Part shown: in pieces, positions 13,608 to 24,475 of the stretch
Layout: the number at the start of each line of letters is the position of its first letter
Numbering within the stretch: the stretch's first letter is position 1
NCBI GenBank assembly: GCA_044892525.1
Contig: CM097885.1
Coordinates: forward strand, 5,706,001-5,770,000
Source of the DNA: Schmidtea polychroa
Taxonomy: Eukaryota
Reading direction: 5' to 3'
Length of the DNA: 64,000 nucleotides
Made by a program: the position numbers and the translations under genes
The notes under the pieces: generated by a model
The model's database searches: none
What the model saw: only the letters and a program-made list of their open reading frames with translations
Told to the model about the DNA's origin: nothing

Positions 13608-14186
13608 ATGTTTTTGAGTTTTTTACTATTAACAAGAAGAGTTATAATGAGACCTAAACCAGATCGCATAGTTGCCAGAGAAAAATTTATGAGATTTGCA
13701 TTTGTAAATGTTTTATTGTTTTCCGACATTTTATATTTTTATTAGAATTTAAGTCATAGAAGCAATAGATGCTACAAGTTAGGTATCAGAGGAGTCATCT
13801 CCTCATTTCAATATACGAATGAAGCTCGTAAATTGCGAAGGAAGTTTTATAAAAATTATTTTGCTGAACGAATAGAACGTGGATGTTTAGAACATGATTT
13901 AGGGTGTCCTGAAATTTTTCTTGAATCGTTGAGAAACATGAACATTGAAATCAATAAAAATATGCTGCAAATTTTATGCATTTATGAACCAAGAAGTTTC
14001 AAGGTGCGTATTTTGTAACAAGTGCATAGTTAACCAACTTACTTTCAGAGCTTAGTAGATATTGTGAAACAATATTTAATTGATAATGATTATAAATTCC
14101 CCAACATTGGACCTGGAAATAAAGTCATTACTCGGGGATTATTAAATAGCCCAATTGTTCCAGGAAATAGAAAATATTATTTTTAA
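13608..14186 (+). CDS. MRPL20: Mitochondrial ribosomal protein L20 (exons 13608-13703, 13746-14003, 14049-14186)
   Basis: MFLSFLLLTRR…DRIVAREKFMRFAF|NLSHRSNRCYKLGIRGV…CLEHDL…IEINKNMLQILCIYEPRSFK|SLV matches bL20m (NRCYRLA…EHGL…LAIYEPKTFKSL). Introns are canonical, 42 and 45 nt. Confidence 0.92.
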
Positions 14187-14440
14187 AAAAAAATTAATTT
14201 GGTGGATTGAGCTGTTAATAATTAGCAGAATTTGACTTTTGCTGTCTTTTATAAATTTCTACTGAGAAATTGCATTGAATTTGTGTAATATTTGTGTAGG
14301 TGATTTCGTGTTTTCTTTTGGGATAGTTAAATTTTATTTTTTATTTATTGGAGTGATTTGATTGGTTGATATTTGTTACTATTTTTATCTGCTACTTTTT
14401 GATTCGATAGTATTTAGTAGAAATTGCGGCAATATCCAGA

Positions 14441-15045
14441 ACATGGGCACCGGCAGGGAGGTGCAAATACGCAACCTTTCATTTTCTAAATTATACAATA
14501 CAAAATTTTTGTTATTTTAATTGACACATTAAAACAAACATTCGTTCTAAAAAATTCATTTATATAATATGAATACCAAAGAAATTTGTCAAATTAAATA
14601 AGATTTTAAAATTAAGCCTGTCATTTTCTAAAAATTGTGATCTCGGGTTCTCTGCAAACTTTGATATGGAAGCGTTTACAAATTCTTCGTTGCCATCATT
14701 TCTCTTTCTATGTAAGCTCATCGCTTATAAACCTGGCAATCGTTTTTCTGACATGGTTGGCTTTGTCCATGTCTTTTACTAATAAAGTTATCTATAAAAC
14801 TGTTAAAAATTTGTTGCAATCTTAAAAAATCAGTTTTTGTCAACAATTTCATTTCCTGTGGGTGCAAAAGGTGTACTATGGCTCTCAGAAAAACGCTCAT
14901 TCAAGGCACAAATAATCGAATCTGAATAAGGAATAAATATCGATCTTCTAAAGTACTCTTCAATAGAATCTGCTGGTTGATTGGATTTGTGTGTCATTAT
15001 TTTCTCAATACGGCACCACCTTGATCCAGAATGTGTTCCAAGCAA
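14441..15045 (-). mobile_element. hAT (Tip100/ZMYM1-like) transposase relic
   Basis: SIEEYFRRSIFIPYSDSIICALNERFS motif; candidate terminus CATGGGCACCGGCAGG at 14441. Confidence 0.6.
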
Positions 15046-15974
15046 TTGCAGCAGGATTTATTTTGGACCCGCTATATTTGTGGTATGTCGAGAAGGAACG
15101 TAGCTTATATAGAATGGTTTCAAATTTTGTTTTATTAATGTGGATTGAAATGGGATAAGGGGTTTAAATGTTCTTAATTGATTGTCCGTTATTGTAACAC
15201 GTGTATCATAAATGGTTAGTATAGAATAGAAGTGTACAAAATGTTGACTTCACAGTCCAGTTGTTAGTGAAGAAATATATCTACAGTCTCCCTGCCCCCG
15301 AGGAGTCTTAAAATTAGCTATTTTTTAATAGCTTGTAAATTCTCACATACGTTTCTCCGTTCAGGCCCTTTGTTAGGAAATCCCCTTGCTAGGAAAAAAA
15401 AATTATTCTATTTTAATTAAATTTTAAATGATTAGTATTTTCAATAAAATGATCAGTATTTTAATTAATTTTTTTAAAATTATTAGTATTTTAATTAAAT
15501 AATTATTTTATTTAAATTACAAGTAAATGATTTTTGTTATAATTATAAGATAACGCCAATCAAACATTCTTTTCACGATTAATTTCGACAGTTTTCCTGT
15601 CATCATCAGGTGGGATATAATAACTCATTAAATTTAGGATTTTAAACAAATTTAATTATAAATAAAAAAATTTTTTCATTTTATAAAAAAATATATTATT
15701 TTTTAAAAATTTTAACATTTAAAATTTAATTTAATAATTTAAAAATTTTTTTTATCAATTATTTAATTTAACACAACAATCAATACATACAATACACAAA
15801 AGCTTATTTAAAAACACTCAACACACAAGTATTTACTGCATTCTGCACATTAATTTTCGGATTCAATGATTTTATCAACAACACCTCACAAATCACACGT
15901 TCCCAATAATTATCGAAATTTTTTAATAAAATTTTAAAATCAGACATACCTATTTTAATCTTACATCCCTTATT

Positions 15975-17695
15975 GTGCTCAACAAATATAGGTCAAAGCC
16001 TTCGGTCTACAATGTTCTCGAGCTCGAATACAGAGATGACGGGAAGTCTCTCAATGTATGTGGCATTACACCCATTACATGTAAACTGATAAACGAGATC
16101 GGAACACAATTGGTGGGTTACTGATGATCAAATATTTTGCTCCTTAGTGCTGTTTCCAGCGTAACCTAGAATACAATTTATAGCTGACCACTTGATACCC
16201 GTTGAGCAATCAACGTTGGTACTGTATCAAGGGTACCCCCTTCACCATATTTCTTTTATACTTGAATTCACAAAAACTTTCGGAAGAAGTATAGAGACCA
16301 GTATCAGTTGGTTTTCTATAAATCTCTGTCTCATAGTGTTTCTCTTTGTGGTGAATTATTAGCTCAATGCGCGTCTGTGTGCGCGTTGTATTGTGTGATG
16401 AATTTGTGTGCGCACACAGACGCGAGCAATGTAATTTTTTGGGTTGGGTTGTTGGTGTGTCGCGTCTGTGTGCGCTTTTCTTTTCTTTGTTTTTGGCTGT
16501 GTGCGCACACAGACGCGAGCAAGAGGTATTTTTAGTTTATTAGTTAGTTTTGATTTGTAATATTTTTAGATTTTAGATTTTTTATCGATTTTGTTGAGTG
16601 TTGTAAAGAGTTGGAATTTTATCGACGTTTTGAAGGAATGATGATTAATTTGAATACATGTGACTATTGCAATAAAGAGAGTTGGTAATGAAGAAATTTA
16701 ATGAAGAAATTTATGAATATGATGATGTTAATGGTGTTAATGGTATCGAATTTCGGTTTATGAATTTTGGTAAAGAGTTAGAAAAGATGGCGGCAATTAA
16801 TTATGAAAAGAATAAAATGATATCAAATTTATGTGGTGGATTGCTTTCCGTGGACATTCGATGCAATTATTGTGATGTAGTAGCTACACAAAGACAGGTT
16901 CCAGATAAAATGATTGAGAAGAGTTCAGCTACAAGATTGTTTAATATTACTGAAAGTACTGGAGGTGTTATGACTGGTATGATCCCTGATTATCGATCTC
17001 AAGTATGTCGTGCACAAATGGAAGCAGCTCGATTTAGATATAAACATGGATATGAAATGCCTTGCGACATAATCTGTCGTTCTATTGCGGATGTTAAGCA
17101 GCTTTCTACCCAATCAACTGAGATGCGACCATTAGGTTGTTCAATGATGGCTTTATCCTATAGTATTGAAATGGACAAATGGTTATTATTCAGAAATAAA
17201 ATGATTATGCTTTATTTTGAATTTAAAAATGAACACTTTGCGTTGTATTAACAGATTCAAGAAAGCAAGCGATGATTTTTTCTTCGTTTCACATGTGAAT
17301 ACAATGTTTTTATGTAGACTATTCATATAATGCAAAAACGGGTCAACATGCCTCTGATTTTCAAATATAAGAAAAATATCATCCACATACCGTTTATAAA
17401 CAGTGGGTTTCATACCTTGGAAAGATGCAATTTTCTTTTCTAAGCTTGTTAAAAAAATTGAAGCCATCGTTGGTGCTAAAGGAGAACCCATAGCAACTCC
17501 ATCTATTTGTTGATACCATTCATTATTGAAAAGAAAATTGATTTTTGAAGTTGCAAATACAAGAAGTTCACGAAATGCTGTTCTATCCAAAATATAATGT
17601 TCAGAAATATTTTCATTCCATAACAAGCAACATAATTCAATTGTTTCAGCCAATGGTACATTAGTAAACAGACTACAAACATCAAACGAAACCAT
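15975..17695 (-). mobile_element. Penelope-like retroelement fragment (RT + GIY-YIG), interrupted by an insert at 16359-17246
   Basis: RT motifs SFDVCSLFTNVP, GVAMGSPLAP and RYVDDIF; thumb YRKPTDTGLY (~16290-16325); GIY-YIG LVYQFTCNGCNATYI/ETSRHLCIRAREH (~16010-16100). Confidence 0.9.
16835..17165 (+). pseudogene. PSMA6: Proteasome subunit alpha type-6 (alpha1) internal fragment
   Basis: GLLSV…TQRQVPDKMI…LFNITE…VMTGMIPDYRSQV.RA.MEAA.FRYKHGYEMP.D…IADVKQ…EMRPLGCSM. The N- and C-termini are absent. Confidence 0.85.
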
Positions 17696-17789
17696 TTTGT
17701 TATAATGATCTTATAATTAAATAAATAATTGTATACAATTTTTCAACAATATTTAAAAAGACTTCAAATATTCTAAATTACTTTTCGAT

Positions 17790-19250
17790 TCAGAGAATGA
17801 CGTTACAAATCAACCTAGCAATAGAAGTACGAAAAGAAATCGCAATTGGATAAATGAAAGAACTTTTGAAAGCAAACAATATGCAATGAATTTTATTAAC
17901 AGTGAAGATGCGTGGAGTTTTCATTTTTTAAATAACACTGACGATGGTAATAAAACATATTTTAGATGCAACAAAGTTAAATTAAGAGGTGAGCAGTGTC
18001 CAGCTGATATTAACTTGCTTTACGATTGTCGCCTTGAAGATATTGTTCTTTTTAGAACTGAAGATGAACATAAACATGACAATTGTACTCGAGGTCATAG
18101 ATTACCTAATAATGTAAAAGAAGAAATAAAAAGACTTTTTGATCTCAAGATAAAATCCAAAGCAATTTCAGCTGAACTCCGAAAAAATGATAATCTAAAA
18201 GTTCATATGAAAAACAGCGCAAATATCAAATTGTATAAGTCGACTGAAACAATTGCAATACGAATCTAGAAAAATAAGTCTTGATCAGTTAGAACAATGG
18301 TGCAATGATCATTCTACAGTTCCAGATGATGAAGATACTGGTTATGTTGGTGCTTTCTATATCCATTGTGGTGATGGCGATGACGAAGTAGAAGAAGACG
18401 GTGACGATTAAAAGAAATTTCACATTTTTATTACAACAAAAAAACTTTTGAAAAACGCATTAAAAACAAATAAAATGATGGCCGATGCGCGTTCCAGTCT
18501 AATGAATGGTGAAACTGATATGGATCGTCACTTTCATGCATATGGTATAAGATTATGTCATTAGTTGAGTCATTACAAAAATTGGGTGATACTTTGATTT
18601 CAGATTCTTCAAATGCAATTCGCAATGGCTTTCAAAATGTGTTTGGTGAAGAAAGGCTCTTAGTTATGTGCTGGGCTCATATGCGTCGGAATGTGGTTAA
18701 AATGCAATCCAATGTTTCATAAAAAATGGGTTTCTAAGAAGCAAAACAAATTTATCGATTACCTGAAAGAACTGTGGTTTTCATCGCATCGAAATTGGTT
18801 TGAAGGAGTTGCTACAAACAAACCATCAGAGACAAATACACTAGAATCGAACAATCTAGTCATCAAGAAAGGAGAAACGTTTAGAGAAAGAATGCCATTA
18901 TCACGATTTTTACAACAATGCTTAGATTCTGTTGAAAAATGGTCAAAGCAATATGCAAACAACGACAAACAAATTAATGATTAAGTAACAATTAATCTAA
19001 AACAATGGACAGAGGGTTATCAATGGGCAATGAGTAATAAACAAGTCACTTCAATAGAACGCGAAAATTCTGTAGAGTATTATTGCCCAGCAGGAAATAA
19101 AGAAGAAGTTACAGAAGAGCAAATTCAAAACGTAATTGAAATGAGATGGAACACGTTTGATCAGTTCAAGAAAAATGCTTTTCTGTTTGGTTTGTCAATT
19201 TACAAATGATGGTGACATGAGCGTCAAATGGAAAGAAGGAAAGTGTATAA
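17790..19250 (+). mobile_element. MULE/Mutator-like transposase relic
   Basis: TYFRCNKVKLRGEQCPA…EHKH; ISDSSNAIRNGF…MCWAHMRRNV; WFEG…TNTLESNNLVIK. Multiple stops and frameshifts. Confidence 0.8.
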
Positions 19251-19754
19251 ATTATATTTCTGATTGATTCTTTGCGAATTCCTAATAATCGCCCGGAATT
19301 ATTAAAATCTATATAAACATCAAGTTTTAAATTTAGGTTAATCAAATTTACGATTTTCTAGTTTTTTCCCAACATCAGACGGCAAAGTTGAGATTTCAGG
19401 GCAATGTGAAATACCAAAAAACTATTAAATTTATTAAAAATTTAAGATAAATCTTACGAAATAATGTCTTCATTATCTATAGAACTCAAAGTTGAGTTTT
19501 CGGATTTTTCGTTAAAAATTTTTTTATTCATTTTTTTTCGAAAAATTTCTGTAAATGATTTATTATAGTGCGTTTATTCTTTGCAAAGATTCTACATATC
19601 GAAAACTTGCATGCATTTTTTACTGTGTTGTGTTTTTGTGTGTCAGTTTATTTTTTCTACCACTTTCTCACTTTCTATATTAAATGCGTTTATTCATTGC
19701 AACGCTAAAAATCAACACACACATATCAATTCCTGAATTAGTTCTCTTTGATAC

Positions 19755-20762
19755 TGTTGAGGATACCTAAATAACAATTTACAAATAAATAAATAAAATT
19801 ACCTGGGGGAAGATCGCCATGACAAACGGGACGATCTATAGAAACTCAGAAAAGAAAACGGAAGTGAAAAGAAATTAAAAATGAGAAAGAGAAAGGAAAT
19901 AAAAGTTATCAAACAGGAAAATAAGAATCAAGGTCAGTATTAATTATTTAGTACAAAAAGGAAAAAGAATTTTAAAATCGGGGAAAAAGAAAAACAACAA
20001 TATCCTTATCTCGACAGCTTGCCAGTGATAATAGAAATGATAAGAGAAGGCGGTCAAACAAAAAAGGGAAAAGGGAAAAACAACCTGACAGCTGTCAGAG
20101 ATAAAAATGGGACAGTTGGGGAAAGCAGGAGAAGGAAAGTGGAAAAACACTTGATTATCTGGAGTGCCACAAGAGAAGCGAACTATATAAGGGAAGACTG
20201 GGGAACATGAAATTAGAAAAAAGGGAGACGACAAAATTAGAAGGAGAATTAGAGACAAAGCGATTCGGAATTTGGAAACGATTTGAGATACGATTTGGGA
20301 GATAAAACTATTGGAGAAAATTAGACGTTGGACGAAACGTTGTTGGACAAACGAGTGTCAAAAATAATTGTGAAGGAAATAATTGTGGAAAATAATTATT
20401 GGAGAAGAGTTGAAGAAAGGAATTAGTTGAGTAATAAAACGAAAAGAAGTTATTGATTAATTGAATAAAGTTGTGAAGAAAGTCAAAGAAGACAACCAGC
20501 TCCAAATCCCAGTTTAGAAACCAATCAGTAATTTGTGATCATTTAATCCGGTGTTATACGCAAGTGCTATTCCTCACCGAGTGTTGTAATAAGCATTGTA
20601 TAGTCACCGAGCAGAGGTTGAATTTATTGTCAGTGTCAAGTGAAAGTTTATTTGTGATTATCAATAAAGATTTCTGTTGTCAAGTGTTAATTGTGAATTA
20701 TATAAAGACACGCTTGGAGTCAGAGTAACATTAAATTTTATCACCAACTCAATAACCCAACA
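19755..20762 (+). mobile_element. Solo LTR (Ty3/gypsy-type, ~1.0 kb)
   Basis: TGTTGAGG…CCCAACA; 4-bp TSD ATAC; internal TATATAAG and AATAAA. Confidence 0.85.
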
Positions 20763-21547
20763 ATACACTCAATCTTGTTTTATTTCCTTTTGCTACTTGA
20801 AATTCTTTCTGAACCTTTTGATCAAGTTGAAGAAACTTGTTTGCAAAAAGGAAATTTTAACTGAAAGTAAAATGAAGTTGTTTGCATTTTTCAGTCTTTT
20901 TGACATAAAAATTAATCTGATTGCTTTAAATGATGAATTACTCAAAGAAGAATGTATTTTATTCAATGAGTGTGATTTTTTAACTAAAACTAGAACAATA
21001 GTGAAATTTAAGGGTAATTTGGATACATGAAATGAATATCAATACAAATATTTACTCAGTACTATATTTTTAAATCTAGCTTCTTTTAATTGTGCTTACT
21101 CATGGTTGCTAAAAATGGATGAAGATAAAATAAATATTTTCGACAAAATTTCTTGAAATAAGTAGATTTTTTCATTTCAAATATTTATACGTATTGCTAA
21201 AATTTTAAAACTTGGTACACGTCCTCACACACAGCCTACACTCTAAAACTGAAGATTGTCTTATGGTCAACTTTTCCAGAAATCAACCTTCCAAGAGACC
21301 TTTTTTTATTGCCCCATAAATCATAATGCTCCAAATGCCTCACGCAGCCTATAGGTACTTGTAATTTGTGTTTGAAACAAAATATTCTAAATCTCGATGA
21401 CATTATTTCTTCATTGCTTCACACAAATTGCAGAAATATGATTTTGTCGTTTCAAAAGTAATAATTTCACAAATTGGACAAATTTAAAAGAAATATTCTT
21501 TTAACTACCAAATCCGTCAATTTTACGGGTGTCCGTAGACATAGGTA

Positions 21548-21765
21548 CCGTATATACTCGCGTATAAGTCGAGTAAATTTTAACAGGTTTTTAAGTCCTA
21601 AATTGGAAACCCGTGTATAAGTCGAAGTAACAAAAATAAAAAAAAGGTTTAATGATTTCATTAAAAATTAATTTGTACTTTTTTTGACCCGCGTATAAGT
21701 CGAAGTGGCTATTTTGACTTGAAAATTTGACTTAAATTTCTCGACTTATACGCGAGTATTTACGG
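21548..21765. mobile_element. Tc1/mariner(pogo)-type MITE
   Basis: TIR CCGTATATACTCGCGTATAAGTCGAG / CTCGACTTATACGCGAGTATTTACGG; TA TSD. Confidence 0.9.
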
Positions 21766-23343
21766 TATATAGCAACAAAATAAGAGGTTTCTTAATAAAA
21801 AAACAGTAAATATATTTGCACTGATTCATTATAAAAAATCATCAAAAAAAATCAGAAAAAATTTCTACCTGTTTAGTAAAATTTACAAAGCAAATGGGAA
21901 ATCCGTCAAATTGACGCGTGCCGTAAACCTAGTGTTAACAATAATCTTTACAAAATTTTAAAATGTTATGAATTAATATTTTGATAACGAACTGTATTTT
22001 AATGCGCATTCTAATCAAGAATTTAAATAGAAAATTTATTTTTCACAATTTCAACACATTTTTTTACAATAGATTGCGCGCGCATACTCCTAGGGAGTCA
22101 TGCACGAACACAAAAAATATGATTATGAAAAAGCGAATAATGACAATTGTAATGTTTTGTTATATTTTATTTTTTTTGTTTATAACAAGGTTTTGTAACG
22201 TTTGGTTATTTTGTTCAGCGCGTGTCGCGTTTTGAAAAGATGAAAAACTATATAGCGATAGTTTACTATGGTACATTATCGCTATACGAAAATCGATCAC
22301 AAATAAAAAATTACAAATCAAACAATTCAAAAACATTAAAGTCTTAATTAGGCTGTCTAAAAGAAATTTATTAAATATATCCTTGTTGGCAAAACTTAAG
22401 AAAGACGATCTGAAAATAATAACCTATCTAAAAAGAAATTAAAGTTCGGAAATTTATTAAATTTATCAAATTTTTCAGAATATCAAAAGAAAATTCGAAG
22501 GCCGAGAAAGTTAACACTATTCAATCCTATTCACTAAAGTACTATTTATTGTAGTTGAATACAAGTTTTGTTGATCATTGTTTATTATTAGTTATTTTGA
22601 TTAGAGATTTGTAAACCCACGAATAAAAATACTTTTCGATAACATACACGCACCCCGATTGTCTCGCCAGATTTTTATTTATCGGATACTCTATCAGGTC
22701 CTACAATTCTTCAATTATACAATTATTAAAAAAGAAGAAGGAATTTTCAAAAATAGAATACCGCGTTATTCTCGGGGTGTGTTTATAGCAACAAAGATAT
22801 CCTTTATGTTGGGCTGAAACCGAGAACTGAGAGTTTGTTTTAATCGATCGAAAATACCTAACACAAAAACCTCAAAGTTGAAAAATTTATGACCAAGGTT
22901 TAATTTAAAATAAATGAAATAAATTACATCACACATTAAGAACCAATAAACCCCGTATAATAGAATAAGAGATAAATAAATTTAACAAAAAATTCAACAC
23001 TTAAAAATTTAAATAGAAAAATAATAAAATATAAAATAGAATTAGTTGAAAATTATTTAAACAATATAAAAATTAAATCGTCAAAAATAATAAAATTAGT
23101 TAGCATTATATAAATTGTAAAGTTTATAGAATTAAATGGTTATTTAACTTATTAAATTTAAAGAATAAAAATGTTTAAATTAATAAAAATTAATATAACT
23201 CAAATTATTTAAATTATAAAATTTATAAAATTAAAATTAATAAAAATTAAATAAGAAATTAATTAAATTTATTGAATTAAAACAAATAAACAATTGCACA
23301 CACTCATGCAGGTATGCAAGACTAATTAAAAATTTCTCGCACT

Positions 23344-23410
23344 CTGATTGGATAGAGTGGCAGCAAATGCATGAAAAATCAGTATAAATACTGATCACAA
23401 ATTCATTTAA
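23344..23410 (+). promoter_or_regulatory. LTR promoter: reverse CCAAT (CTGATTGG) + TATAAATA
   Basis: The same arrangement (CTGATTGG…TATATAAG) occurs at 42826-42862 in the related solo LTR. Confidence 0.6.
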
Positions 23411-23684
23411 GACCACTTTTTTTTCTAACATCAAAATTTAGTTGTAGCCAGTGAAGCTCTCAGTTTTCGATTTTATGCCCACGTGGATTTGGTAATTTAT
23501 TTTTTATTGTTGTAGTAATTTTATGAGATGATTAAATTTAATATGCAATAAAATTTTTAGTTAAATTTTCTTTTGTTATTTTCTTTTAATTGTTTAATTT
23601 CATTTAGTTGCAGGTATTAAATAATAATTTTTATTGTGTTCAATTTTTATACTAACTGATTACGAACGTTAGTACCGCTGAATT

Positions 23685-23808
23685 GAGATTCAGCATATCA
23701 TGGTTTGAGGTACCTTCGGGATGCTCAGACTGGTGGGTATGCTGGTTTTTCAATCGCGCAGCTGGATTGGGCCGGAATGTGGGGGCTTCCTCACGGGTCC
23801 TATCGCTG
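23685..23808 (+). ncRNA. Conserved structured RNA module A (two hairpins, cUUCGg loop); copies at 37608-37731 and 43297-43414
   Basis: Compensatory changes between the two LTR families. Confidence 0.65.
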
Positions 23809-24199
23809 GAAGTACTGTGGTCAAATGTAGGTTAGGACTGAGAATACAGGCAGATCCCTGCTCAAATTTCTTGAAGTATAACTTAAATATTATGGGAAGC
23901 GTGGATTAACTTGAAAATAAGGGCCAATCCCTGCTCAAATTTTTCAAAGGATAAGTTAGATATTGTAGGAAGTGTAGAACAATAATTATTAGCTGGAAAA
24001 TAAGGGCCGATCCCTGCTCAAATTTTTTTGCGAGATAGGTTAAATATTCATAAATATCAAGGAAAATACCTAGCAACATTTATTAATAGAAGAATAAGGG
24101 CGCATCCCTGCAAAAAATTTTGAAAAGAAATAATAGAAACCATCTAGGAATGAGGACCATAACCGAATGAAATAGAAAAGTAGAAATAGAAAGTGATCA

Positions 24200-24345
24200 A
24201 TGACGTAAGACCTTCTATCGGCCGTCTAGAACCCGAAGAGAAAATACAATGGGGAGTAGTTTTAGTAATGGAGCTCACCTGCTCATTGTTTTTTCACCTT
24301 TGTGTACAGTACCAACATGGTCGTCGCCATGGGTACACAAATGGT
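24200..24345 (+). ncRNA. Conserved structured RNA module B (three hairpins) near the LTR 3' end; copies at 38123-38268 and 45881-46020
   Basis: Stems covary between the two LTR families while internal loops are conserved. Confidence 0.65.
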
Positions 24346-24457
24346 TTAAATTGCAATAGTCATGGAGGTGCTTAGGAAAGAGTCGAACGATTATGATTAC
24401 CCCTAACGTATTTTAAATTGTAAAAAGGACACACCCCTAAGTAACCAACATGATTTT

Positions 24458-24475
24458 TGGGGGCTCAGCCGGGAT
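24458..24475 (+). promoter_or_regulatory. Primer-binding site, tRNA-Pro-like
   Basis: TGGGGGCTCAGCCGGGAT, 16/18 identical to the canonical tRNA-Pro PBS TGGGGGCTCGTCCGGGAT, 7 nt downstream of the LTR. Confidence 0.85.

Larger units (their letters stand above)
22807..24450 (+). repeat. 5' LTR
   Basis: Direct repeat of 36730-38373. Confidence 0.95.

Noticed and set aside
23769..23810. HDV-like ribozyme (GGCCGG..CTTCCTC resemblance)
   Set aside because: I could not build the nested double pseudoknot, and the covariation supports a simple long hairpin.
23721..24375. Short ORFs in LTR (62 and 60 aa)
   Set aside because: They overlap GC-rich structured modules, and the peptides are not conserved in the related LTR.
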